64,000 bases of DNA from Actinomycetales bacterium. GTDB taxonomy: Bacteria; Actinomycetota; Actinomycetes; Actinomycetales; Microbacteriaceae. Positions 16,871 to 25,962 of the stretch are shown here, piece by piece. Under the pieces are notes generated by a model. It searched no databases, was not told the origin of the DNA, and saw nothing but the letters and a program-made list of their open reading frames with translations. The first letter of the stretch is position 1. The number at the start of each line of letters is the position of its first letter. The translations under genes and the position numbers were made by a program. The stretch spans positions 4,308 to 68,307 of the forward strand of contig JBBSBA010000006.1 of NCBI GenBank assembly GCA_038251725.1. The letters run 5' to 3'.

Positions 16871-19800
16871 TTACTGGACATTACCGGCATTGTCGTACCG
16901 GATCCTGTAGGTCTGGCCGCCATTGGCTGTCACGATGATCGTGAGCAACGGCGTGGTGTTCGGCGGGACGATCGCGAGGCACTGCCCGCCCTGCGTGGTG
17001 TCGGCCTTGATCGGCGTCTCATTAGAGCCGGAGCCGCAGGAATACTGGACGTTCTCATACGAACCGCTCGGCCAGCGGGACCAGGTGAAGGTGCCGCTCT
17101 CGTCCTGGGGGTTGGTCGGATTGGTGACCGGGGTGAAGGCTGGCGTGTCGATGCGGGGATCGACGGGCATTCCCACGTGGAAGGACGCCGACCAGTTGGA
17201 CTGGCAGACGATGGCGCCGTCCGGGAAGGTACGGCAGGCGCGCACCTCGACCGAGATGTCGTGTCCGTACTGGAGACCGTCCCCGGTGAGCAGCGCTCCG
17301 AACGCGATCGGTCCGTGTTCGGTGGCCGGAACCTGGTTGCCCTGGAGCCGGTAGTAGAACGTGTAGGAGCCGGAGAGCCGGGCGCCGATCGAGGCGGCGG
17401 TGAGCGCATAGTCGAACGTCGAACCCGACTTCGTCGGGCCGCTCGTCGAGATCGCGGTCACGACGCCGGGGCTCGTGTGGGCCACTACCGCGGGGCTGGA
17501 CGTGCAGCCGATGCTGTTCGTCGCGAGCACGAGGAGTGAGTAGCTGGAATCGTTCGAGAGGCCCGAGAAGGTCGTCGCGGTGGCGGTTCCCATGTCCTGG
17601 CTCGTCGAGCCGCCCGGATTCGGGTTGGCGCAGGTCGGCATCGCGCCCGTGTAGGCGATGGCGGTGTAGCCCGAGATCGCGCGCCCGTTGTCGCTGAAGG
17701 CCCCAGCCCAGCTGAGCGCGATCGCCGCATTGGCGGAATTCGCCGTTGGCTGACCAGCCGAGATCGGCCGACCGGCCGGTATGCCGTTCGCCACCGCGGC
17801 GTTCCAGGCGGCGAGGCTCGGCAGCGCCGAGTTGCGCGGGCTCACCGAGATGGACACCGGCTGTCCGTTGGTGAGGCCGAAGACATCGGTTGTGCACGTG
17901 ACGGCGCTGCACACGGACGGGGCGATGTTGCTCGCGGATCCCCCCGTGATCAGCACGTAGTTGTTCACGGCGCTGCCGGCTGCCGGAGTCGTCACCGCGT
18001 TCCAGGAGATTCGCAGGCCCCCGTCGAGCGGCGCCGCGCCCAGCCCCGACGGGGCCGGGGGGATGACATCCGACCAGACTGTGCTCGGGAACTCCACGGC
18101 ATCCGAGCTGCCGATGGCGTTCTTCGCGACGATCTGCAGCCGAACGCCGTTCGACGGCCCGTTGCCGGGCGTCACAACGGCGCACACGGCACCGGCACAG
18201 GCGGTGGTCGACACCAGGACTCCCGCCCCGGAGTGCATGAGCACGTCATAGCCGGTGATGGGCGAGTTGTTTGCCGCTCCCGGGGTCCACCGCACCGTCA
18301 GGGTGTGGTCGCCGAACGAGGTGACGTCCACGGCCGTCACCGGATCGGGCCTGTCCTGGACCGAGACGGTGACCGAGCCCCAGACGTAGCGGGCGGGATC
18401 GCCCGTGGCATCCGCCACCTCGTACTGGAGGGTGGTGTCGACGGGCTTGGCGGATGCCGACGCGGTCACGGTGAGTCGGCTGTTGTCGGCACTCGGGGTG
18501 ATCGTCAGGCCTGCCGGAATCGCGCCGCCGTCGAGACCACGGATCGCCATCACCCTGAGCGGCTTGCCGGGGAAGGGATTGGTGGCCTCGTCGTTCGCAA
18601 GCACATTCACCGTGGCGCTCTGTCCGCGCGGGATGATCACGGAGTCCGGCGCCGGTTCGGCGAGTGGGCGGCTCGAGGCGACGACGTTGAGCACGATCTT
18701 GCCCGACTGCCCGGTCGTGATCTTGTCCTTCACTCCGAGCACGATCGCCGTGCTGGAGTTCCTGACCGCGCTGTCATTCGCCCTCAGCGTGAGCTTCTGG
18801 CCGGTCAGCGTGTAGCTGAAACCCGTCGGGAGGGGGGTGAGCACGGTGTACGCGAGCTCGGCGATGTCCTTGGGATAGGGATAGTTCGTGAGCTTGAGCA
18901 GGTCGAGTTCCCGCGATGTTCCTGGCTCGAAATCGATGATTCCGCCGACGAACTCGGGGGGTTGGTTTTGTCGTGGTGTCACCTTGATCGGGAGAACCAG
19001 GGTGGCCTTCCGGCCGTTCGGATCGGTCGCTGAGGCGCCGTCGGTCACCGAGAACGAGATCGAGGCCGGTCCGAAGTACTTGTTGGCCGAGGTGAACTGG
19101 AGGGTGTGGTCGTTCACCATCAGGTTCGAGCCGTCCGAGTGGGTGGCCTGCACGCTCGCGGTGTCGGTGAGCCGCACGTGTTTGCCCTCGACCGCGATCA
19201 CGTAGTCGTTGAGATCGATGGTGAGCGTCGACTCGCTTGCGACGGTGAGCGGCACAGCCTTGCGGTTGAGTTGCGGCAGTGCGTCGTTGAGGCCGGGCAC
19301 CCACACGAAGGCGTAGGAGACCACGCTCGCGTCGTCGGGATTCGCGACCGCGAAGGGGATGATCTGGCTCGTCTTCTTGACCGTCACATGGATTCGTTTG
19401 TTGGCCGTCACGCCCGCGTCCGTCGAGTACCCGGGAAGCACCGAGACCGCGAGGGTGGAGACGTTCCCGTCGGCGAAGAAGACGTTGTTCAGCACGTTGA
19501 CATCGAGGGAGTCGCGGCCGAGCACGTCGGTGAGAGTCAGCACGGTGTCGCGAACCACCGGGAAGGCGCGCGGGGCATCCGCGCTCACGACGACGGTGAG
19601 GAACGCCGAGCTCGTTCCACCGAACGTGTTCTCGATCGTGTAGATGAGCCCGTAGCTTCCCGGCTTGGTCGGCGGGGTCACCCGGATGACGTCGCCCTCG
19701 ATCTTCGCGATGATGTCCTTGGCGTTCGGCTCGACCTTCGTGATGGTGAGGGTGCCGCCATCCGGATCGGAATCGTTCGCGAGCACCTGAACAGAGACCG

Positions 19801-22765
19801 TGCCGCCGGGGCGTATCCGCACCAGGTCAGGCACGGCCACGGGATTGCGGGCGACGTCGAGCTTCGGGCTGATGCCGACCCGCACGATGCCGGTGGCACG
19901 GGCCCCGAGGCTGTCGATCACCGTGTAGGTGAAGGAGTCGGTGCCGGCGGAGTAGCTTCCGGCGAGATAGTCGATGTAGTCCGCCCCCACCGTCGTGACA
20001 GAGCCCTTGTCCGGGTTCGTCGCCTGCCCGAGCAACTGCACCGAGTCGCCATCGGGATCGATACCGGTGAGCGGAATCACGATGCGCACCGTCTCGCCGG
20101 CGATCACACGCGCGGTCACCGTCGTCGGCACCGGCGGGTTGTTGGTGGCCACGACGGGCTCACGGACGGCGATCTTCACCTGGGCCTGGGCGACTTGGCC
20201 GTGGGTGTCCGAGACCGAGTACACGGCGGTGAAGTCGCCGGTCTTGTCCGGCGCGAGGTAGCGGAGCACGTTTCCGGAGGCGAACAGCAGTCCGGAGCCG
20301 GCCGGCAGCGGGGTCGACAGCTTCGGGTTGAGCGTGAGCTGCTCGCCATTCGGCTGCACGTCGTTATCGAGAACCGGGATGTCGATCGCGTCGCCTACGC
20401 GCACGGTCACGCTGTCGTCGTTCGCGATCGGGGGTTGGAACTGGGTCGGCGTCGGGATCTCCACCACGGTGACGACACCCTCGGCGTCGGCGAGGCCGTT
20501 GCTGATCCGATAGTTGAAGGTGACCGGCCCGGACTTCAACGGTGCGGCGAGGGTGACCCGGATCGCCCGTTGCTCGATCACCTGGGCGGTCACGCCGGAG
20601 TTCGGGGCAAGATTGTAGACGCCGGTGACGAGAAGCACCCCGCCGGCCGGATCGATGTCAGTCGATGCGACATCCACCGTCTGGGTGCTGAGCGACTGCA
20701 CGAAGATCGTCTTCGGAATGGTGATCGGCTTGGTGTTCGGGTCCGGTTGCGCCGCGACGTCGATGCGCACGATCCCGTTCGCGGTCTGGTCCCCATCGTG
20801 CACCACGAAGTCGATGTAGTGCGTGCCCACCTGGTCGCTCGTGAACCGGAAGGTGCCAGCCTCGAGGCTGGGGATGATCGTCACGCCGCTCTTGGCCGGC
20901 ACGCTCGCGAGACGCAGGTTTCCGGTGCCGCCGCGCACGTGGTCGAGCGGCCGCACCGTGACGTCCTGTCCGGAGTAGGCCTGCACCACGAACGGATCGG
21001 GGATGAGAGGCACCTGACCGGCCAGCGTTACCCTGACCGTGAGGGCACCGGTGCCCTCGGCCGTGCCGTCGGAGACGACGAGCGCCACCGTTCTCAGTCC
21101 CGTCGTCGTTGCACCGTCCGTGTAGACGACCGTGCCCTCCGGCTTGTAGCTTGCCGTGTTGGGCGCGGCGGTCGACGCGGAGGTCAGGTAAAAGGGGTCG
21201 CCATCCGGGTCGACCCAGTCGCCAAGCACAGAGGTGGTCACCCGGCCGCCGGCCGCGACGACGGCCCTGGTCTGTCGCACCTGGTACGGAGGCGAGTTCT
21301 GCTGGGGGGTTCGCACCGTCACGGTGACCTTGGCGCTCGCCGTGCCGCCGCGGCCATCGCTGATCGAGTAGCCGAACGTGACGGTGCCGCTCACCGTCGG
21401 CTTCAGCGTGATCTGCAGCTGCTGGCTGTTGTTGATCAGGTCGATCCGACCCACCGACGGGTCGATGGGGGTGAAGTCGGTGATGACGATAACGTCGCCG
21501 TTCGGGTCGTAGTCGTTGAGCAACACCGGAAGAACGCTCGTGCGGCCCGGGCGCGCGCCGAAGGCGTCATCGACCGCCACGGGGGGCTGCTGGATCTTCT
21601 CGTATTCCGGAGGCGTGTCCTCGTTGTTCTGCGCGACCAGGCGATGGTCTTTTCGCACGGTGATCAGATCCGACCAGTTATCTATCAACTGACCCGACTG
21701 TTGCACGGCCCAGATGCCACCATCATGCGGGTCGCTCAGCACGACCCGGTCGCCGTTCGAGGCGAAGGTGAGGTCGGATGCCGTGGCTGGCATCGAGGCA
21801 AGAGCGAGTTGGGCTCCGGCGGCCGTACCGCATTGGCGCCAGGCCGTCCCGATCGACCAGGCCGCGAACGTGCACCCTCCCATCGCGCTCGGCGCGGCGG
21901 CGATCCCGCCCTGTCCGCTGACGATGCGCACGGGGCTGCCACCGCCGAGCGGCACCCGGAGAAGCCCCGTCGCGTCGGCGATCAGAACGCCGTCACCGCT
22001 CGTCGATGGCTGTTGCAGAACCGGGTTGCTCCCGACCGGGATGAATGAGGCGAGCTTCACCGTCCCCGCGTCGGTGAGCATGGTGCGACCCACCGAGTCG
22101 AAGAGTACCCAGTGTCCGCCGACGGAGGTGATCGTCACGTCGCGGCGCGCTCCGCCGATCCGCGCGGAGGTGGTGTCGGCCAGGGCATTGGAATGGGCCG
22201 CATCGACCCGGTAGACCTGGCGGGTATCCGCCGAATACCCGAAGAGCATGCCGTCGGGCGTCACGCTCGTGATGGCGTTCGCGCCGAGGTTGAGGGTCGG
22301 CTGCGCCTGCGCATTGAAGATGGGCAACTGACTGAGCGGCACGATCCAGACCTCGCCGGTGCCGCCGGCGGCGATCACGACATTGTCGCCGGCAAGCGAG
22401 AGCTGTGGATCCTGCGGAGGCAGGGGAACGCTGTCGAGCACCTTCGAAGTAGCCGGATCGACGATGTCGACCTTGCTGTCGGTGCGATCGAAGAGCAGCA
22501 CCGTCGCGCCGCGCTGGATCACACGAATGTCGGCGCCGCTCGAGGCGACGACCGTGTTGAGCGCGAGCACCTGGGTGTTGGCGCGACCGATCACCTGCGA
22601 TGAGCCGTTCGCCACCCAGACCGAACCATCGTTGAGATCGAGTCGCTGCGCGGTATAGCCGGTCGAGACGATGGCGACGGTGGCGATGAGGGCGGCAATG
22701 ACCGAACCGCTCGTCGCCGTGGCGATGAGCGACCGGTGGCGGGAAATCCACTGTGTGATCGTCAT
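16871..22765 (-). CDS. Giant (~1964 aa) N-terminally anchored surface protein with tandem Ig/cadherin-like domains and C-terminal fibronectin type III domains
   Basis: Start re-picked at ATG 22765. Hydrophobic N-terminal helix; repeated PPxAxDD and DPxGD motifs (NDYDPNGD, DWVDPDGD, GIDPDGD, NDSDPDGG); Fn3-like segments (LTVRWTP..ITGY, LRISWNA, IALSWAG..ISGY); no LPXTG seen. Confidence 0.88.
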   Translation of the reverse strand: MTITQWISRHRSLIATATSGSVIAALIATVAIVSTGYTAQRLDLNDGSVWVANGSSQVIGRANTQVLALNTVVASSGADIRVIQRGATVLLFDRTDSKVDIVDPATSKVLDSVPLPPQDPQLSLAGDNVVIAAGGTGEVWIVPLSQLPIFNAQAQPTLNLGANAITSVTPDGMLFGYSADTRQVYRVDAAHSNALADTTSARIGGARRDVTITSVGGHWVLFDSVGRTMLTDAGTVKLASFIPVGSNPVLQQPSTSGDGVLIADATGLLRVPLGGGSPVRIVSGQGGIAAAPSAMGGCTFAAWSIGTAWRQCGTAAGAQLALASMPATASDLTFASNGDRVVLSDPHDGGIWAVQQSGQLIDNWSDLITVRKDHRLVAQNNEDTPPEYEKIQQPPVAVDDAFGARPGRTSVLPVLLNDYDPNGDVIVITDFTPIDPSVGRIDLINNSQQLQITLKPTVSGTVTFGYSISDGRGGTASAKVTVTVRTPQQNSPPYQVRQTRAVVAAGGRVTTSVLGDWVDPDGDPFYLTSASTAAPNTASYKPEGTVVYTDGATTTGLRTVALVVSDGTAEGTGALTVRVTLAGQVPLIPDPFVVQAYSGQDVTVRPLDHVRGGTGNLRLASVPAKSGVTIIPSLEAGTFRFTSDQVGTHYIDFVVHDGDQTANGIVRIDVAAQPDPNTKPITIPKTIFVQSLSTQTVDVASTDIDPAGGVLLVTGVYNLAPNSGVTAQVIEQRAIRVTLAAPLKSGPVTFNYRISNGLADAEGVVTVVEIPTPTQFQPPIANDDSVTVRVGDAIDIPVLDNDVQPNGEQLTLNPKLSTPLPAGSGLLFASGNVLRYLAPDKTGDFTAVYSVSDTHGQVAQAQVKIAVREPVVATNNPPVPTTVTARVIAGETVRIVIPLTGIDPDGDSVQLLGQATNPDKGSVTTVGADYIDYLAGSYSAGTDSFTYTVIDSLGARATGIVRVGISPKLDVARNPVAVPDLVRIRPGGTVSVQVLANDSDPDGGTLTITKVEPNAKDIIAKIEGDVIRVTPPTKPGSYGLIYTIENTFGGTSSAFLTVVVSADAPRAFPVVRDTVLTLTDVLGRDSLDVNVLNNVFFADGNVSTLAVSVLPGYSTDAGVTANKRIHVTVKKTSQIIPFAVANPDDASVVSYAFVWVPGLNDALPQLNRKAVPLTVASESTLTIDLNDYVIAVEGKHVRLTDTASVQATHSDGSNLMVNDHTLQFTSANKYFGPASISFSVTDGASATDPNGRKATLVLPIKVTPRQNQPPEFVGGIIDFEPGTSRELDLLKLTNYPYPKDIAELAYTVLTPLPTGFSYTLTGQKLTLRANDSAVRNSSTAIVLGVKDKITTGQSGKIVLNVVASSRPLAEPAPDSVIIPRGQSATVNVLANDEATNPFPGKPLRVMAIRGLDGGAIPAGLTITPSADNSRLTVTASASAKPVDTTLQYEVADATGDPARYVWGSVTVSVQDRPDPVTAVDVTSFGDHTLTVRWTPGAANNSPITGYDVLMHSGAGVLVSTTACAGAVCAVVTPGNGPSNGVRLQIVAKNAIGSSDAVEFPSTVWSDVIPPAPSGLGAAPLDGGLRISWNAVTTPAAGSAVNNYVLITGGSASNIAPSVCSAVTCTTDVFGLTNGQPVSISVSPRNSALPSLAAWNAAVANGIPAGRPISAGQPTANSANAAIALSWAGAFSDNGRAISGYTAIAYTGAMPTCANPNPGGSTSQDMGTATATTFSGLSNDSSYSLLVLATNSIGCTSSPAVVAHTSPGVVTAISTSGPTKSGSTFDYALTAASIGARLSGSYTFYYRLQGNQVPATEHGPIAFGALLTGDGLQYGHDISVEVRACRTFPDGAIVCQSNWSASFHVGMPVDPRIDTPAFTPVTNPTNPQDESGTFTWSRWPSGSYENVQYSCGSGSNETPIKADTTQGGQCLAIVPPNTTPLLTIIVTANGGQTYRIRYDNAGNVQ

Positions 22766-22775
22766 TTTTCGCTCA

Positions 22776-24230
22776 TCACCCCCCGAAGGCGACACACTTC
22801 TCTGCGCTCGGTGGACCGGTTCTGCCCTGACGGTTGACCGCCACGGTGATGCAGACCCGATCACCGGCCTTGGCGTCCTCGGCGAAGTAGCTGGAGGAGA
22901 CCTGCAGCGCCGTGCGGCCATCGCTCGTGGTGACCTGGTAGGTGTCCTGGGCCTTCAGGCCGGGATTACTCCAGCTGAACTTGATCGAACCGCTGGTGAC
23001 GGTCGCGGCGACGTTCGTCACCTGGGGGATGCCGTCGGAATTGGCCCGGATGAGCACGACGGTCACCGTCGCTCCCAGCCCGATCACGAGCAAGGCGCTC
23101 GCGACGAGGCCCCAGGCGAGCAGCCGCATGCCCCGGCCGTGCGTGCCCGGTCGCGTTCCGCTGCTCTGCAGAGCGCCCTTGACGGCCATCCCCTTCTGCG
23201 CCGGCTGGCCGGCGGTGTCTCGCATCAGCGTGCCGATCGGCGTGTACGTGGACGGGACGGCGCGGCGGCGCCGGCGCCCGCGTGCGGTCGGCACGACTCC
23301 GCCGACACCACGGATGCGCGTGCGGTCCTCGAGGTCGGCGACGGTGGCCAGGGCCCAGTCGTCCATCGCCACCTCGATCGGCGTCTGTGGCACGGCGAGT
23401 TCGGTCTCGATGGACTGCAGCTCGCGCACGAGTTCGAGCACGCTCGCCGGGCGGTTCTCCGGTTTGCGCGACATGGCCTGGGCCAACATCCGCTCGAGAC
23501 TCGGCGGGACGTCGGAACGCCCGATCGGCTGGGGCCGTGCCCGGTTGATGCGGGAGATGAGGTCCACCGAGTTGTTCGGCTGGCCCGGAATCTCGAAGGG
23601 CGAGCGGCCGGCGAGCAGTGAATAGACCGTGGCGGCGAACGACCACACCTCCGACGCGATGCTGCCCGGCGTCTCATCCATCAGCACCTCCGGTGCCGAC
23701 CATGGGATGGAGAGCCCGACCGATTCGTCGGTTTCGGCCCCGCTCAGGGTCGACGCGATACCGAAGTCGGAGAGCACCGGATGCCCGTATGCCGTGAGCA
23801 GGATATTTGACGGCTTGATGTCGCGGTGCAGCACTCCGGCGCGGTGCGCGGTCTCGATAGCGCTGCCGATCTTCACGGCGATGCGCAGCACCTCCGGCAC
23901 CGGTATGCGTTCGCGGCGGTAGCGTTCGCTGAGCGATGACGAACAGAGTTCCATCACGAGGTAGGGGCGGCCGTCGGACGACACGCTGGCCTGGTAGACG
24001 GTGAGAATCGACGGATGCGAACTCAGCTGCGCCATGAGGTTGGCCTCGGACTGGAACATCTGGCGAACCTGGTCATTGACCACCTCGCTCAGCAAGACCT
24101 TGACGGCGACCTGCCGGCGCGGCATGTTCTGTTCGTAGAGGAAGACGTCGGCGAACCCACCGGAGCCGAGCACATGGATGGTCGAGAATCCGGGCAGCAC
24201 GGGAGGAGTCGACGGCAATCGACGCGCCAT
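22776..24230 (-). CDS. Hanks-type transmembrane Ser/Thr protein kinase with a small extracellular Fn3-like domain
   Basis: LGSGGFADV, VAVKVL, HRDIKPSNIL, DFG, WSAPE; TM helix LLAWGLVASALLVIGLG; strong SD AGGAGGAG before ATG 24230. Confidence 0.94.
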   Translation of the reverse strand: MARRLPSTPPVLPGFSTIHVLGSGGFADVFLYEQNMPRRQVAVKVLLSEVVNDQVRQMFQSEANLMAQLSSHPSILTVYQASVSSDGRPYLVMELCSSSLSERYRRERIPVPEVLRIAVKIGSAIETAHRAGVLHRDIKPSNILLTAYGHPVLSDFGIASTLSGAETDESVGLSIPWSAPEVLMDETPGSIASEVWSFAATVYSLLAGRSPFEIPGQPNNSVDLISRINRARPQPIGRSDVPPSLERMLAQAMSRKPENRPASVLELVRELQSIETELAVPQTPIEVAMDDWALATVADLEDRTRIRGVGGVVPTARGRRRRRAVPSTYTPIGTLMRDTAGQPAQKGMAVKGALQSSGTRPGTHGRGMRLLAWGLVASALLVIGLGATVTVVLIRANSDGIPQVTNVAATVTSGSIKFSWSNPGLKAQDTYQVTTSDGRTALQVSSSYFAEDAKAGDRVCITVAVNRQGRTGPPSAEKCVAFGG

Positions 24231-24300
24231 GGCTCCTCCTTCGTCGACGCCGGTGGGGGCCGATCGGTTCCCGTGCCGCGTCGGATTGCCCCAGTGTTCT

Positions 24301-24306
24301 ATTCTA
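24301..24306 (-). promoter_or_regulatory. Candidate -10 box (TAGAAT) of an internal promoter upstream of the kinase
   Basis: TAGAAT on the minus strand in the AT-rich 162-bp gap between PP2C and kinase; no clear -35. Confidence 0.35.
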
Positions 24307-24392
24307 GACACGCCTTGAATTCGGCCGGTGGAACAAATCTGCTGGTCAGGACCGTTTTTTACCCCCCTTCGGGGGGCAGTAATATTGCGCCA

Positions 24393-25232
24393 CTATTGCG
24401 CAAGGGTGGGGCCGGGGCGTGGAATGGTGTTCTCGAACTCCCCGGGGCCGGAACTCTCGAGCACGTCGATGACGACGGTCGTGATGTTGTCCCGTCCGCC
24501 GCCCTCGAGCGCCGCGTTCACGAGGGCGCGGGCGGTGTCTTGCGCCGAGAGGCCCCAGGCGAGCACACGGCGGATGCCCCCGGCATCCACCTCCTTCGTC
24601 AGTCCGTCGGAACAGAGCAGCAGTCGCATGCCCGCGCGCACCGGCACCACCCAGTAGTCCGGATCCGCCGCGACGTTGAAGCCGACCGCGCGGGTGATCA
24701 CGTTGCTGTCCGGATGGTTTTCGGCGTCTTCTGCCCGGATCACGCCGGCGTCGACGAGCTCCTGAACGACCGAGTGGTCAACCGTGACCTGCGCGAGAGT
24801 CTCGCGGTCGAACAGGTAGACCCGGGAATCGCCCACGTTGAAGACGGTCCAGAACGGTTCGTCGTATTGCAGGGAGAGGGCGACGCCGGTGACGGTCGTG
24901 CCGACCCCGAGTTGCTTCTCGTCCGCCGCGAGTCCGATGTCGATGGTTGCGGAGCGCAGGCCGTTCTCGATGGTGTCGGCATCGGCGAAATCGCCGGTCA
25001 CCGCCTCGTCGAGACGAGAGACGACCGCAGCGCTGGCGACGTCACCGGCCGAGTGGCCACCCATTCCATCGGCCACGGCGAAAATAGGCGGTCGCGCGAG
25101 AAAACTGTCTTCGTTGTGGGCACGCCGACGGCCGATGTCGGTCGCCGCCCCCCAGGACAGCACCAGCCGGGCATCCGGGTCGCCGGGTACGGCCACGGGG
25201 TATTCCGCGACGCCTTGGCCGATCTCGGTCAC
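24393..25232 (-). CDS. PP2C/PPM-family Ser/Thr phosphatase (soluble)
   Basis: TDIGRRRAHNED, VADGMGGH, NVGDSRVY, LCSDGL, GGRDNIT; start probably GTG 25232. Confidence 0.93.
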   Translation of the reverse strand: MTEIGQGVAEYPVAVPGDPDARLVLSWGAATDIGRRRAHNEDSFLARPPIFAVADGMGGHSAGDVASAAVVSRLDEAVTGDFADADTIENGLRSATIDIGLAADEKQLGVGTTVTGVALSLQYDEPFWTVFNVGDSRVYLFDRETLAQVTVDHSVVQELVDAGVIRAEDAENHPDSNVITRAVGFNVAADPDYWVVPVRAGMRLLLCSDGLTKEVDAGGIRRVLAWGLSAQDTARALVNAALEGGGRDNITTVVIDVLESSGPGEFENTIPRPGPTLAQ

Positions 25233-25271
25233 GAAAGCCTCTCGCCTAGCGGGTGGGTGCACTGCATTGGT

Positions 25272-25946
25272 CTACACCACCCGCTCGATGGGGAGGATCT
25301 CGACGGTGTTGCCGTCACCAATATCCACTATCGTTCCGGCGGAAACCACGAGTGACTCACCCTGGCGCAGTTTTTGCACCGAGGATCCAGGGATCTTGAC
25401 GACAGTGCCGTTGGTCGAGCGCAGGTCCGTGACGATCACCGTGGATCCCTGCTGGCGCAATTCGACGTGCGTGCTCGACACCTCGCGGCCAGGCGACGGA
25501 ACCCACACCAGTCGAGGAAACGGTGCGATGGTTATTCGTGGAAGCACCGGCTTGCGTCCGATCAGCGCCGGGGCATCGAGCGGAATGGGCTCCTGCCGGT
25601 TGACCCGGATGCGGTGCCACGGCACCGTGAACGGCACTGGATCGTTCGCGACCCCCGCTCGCGCGGCCACCGGGCGCTCTTCGAATCGCGGGGGTCCCCG
25701 CGGAGGTTCGACGAGGACGTGCGGCACCTCCGCCGCGGACCTCTCACGGAGCTCGCCCGGTTCGGGAAGCGGGAGCGGTTCGGGACGGGCCGGCGCCTCG
25801 TCGAGGTCAGCCGGGCGGGCCCGGATGATCGTGTCGGCCTCGAGATCATGCGGCTCTGCGGCTCCCCCCGTGTCCTGGCCGGGGTGCGCCCGGATGACGG
25901 TGTCGTCGCCATCGTGCGGTTGCATGTCCCCATTGTCTCGCGACAC
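25272..25946 (-). CDS. FHA domain protein with an acidic/Pro-rich N-terminus
   Basis: IGRKP, EVSSTH, DLRSTNGT; N-terminus carries repeated DxTIIR-like motifs. Confidence 0.87.
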   Translation of the reverse strand: MSRDNGDMQPHDGDDTVIRAHPGQDTGGAAEPHDLEADTIIRARPADLDEAPARPEPLPLPEPGELRERSAAEVPHVLVEPPRGPPRFEERPVAARAGVANDPVPFTVPWHRIRVNRQEPIPLDAPALIGRKPVLPRITIAPFPRLVWVPSPGREVSSTHVELRQQGSTVIVTDLRSTNGTVVKIPGSSVQKLRQGESLVVSAGTIVDIGDGNTVEILPIERVV

Positions 25947-25962
25947 CCGGGTCGACGTGCCT

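Noticed and set aside
19106-22048. 980-aa plus-strand ORF opposite the giant surface protein
   Set aside because: Antisense shadow ORF typical of high-GC codon bias; Arg/His/Gly-rich, no motifs; the minus strand has clear domains.
24355-24401. T6 tract, C6/G6 hairpin and a TATTGCGC direct repeat in the PP2C-kinase gap
   Set aside because: The T-tract is on the wrong side for a minus-strand intrinsic terminator and the stem is short; not called as a terminator or operator without more evidence.
8024-25962. Cluster considered as a mobile element or genomic island
   Set aside because: No integrase, transposase, tRNA or flanking direct repeat seen, and no obvious compositional shift by eye.
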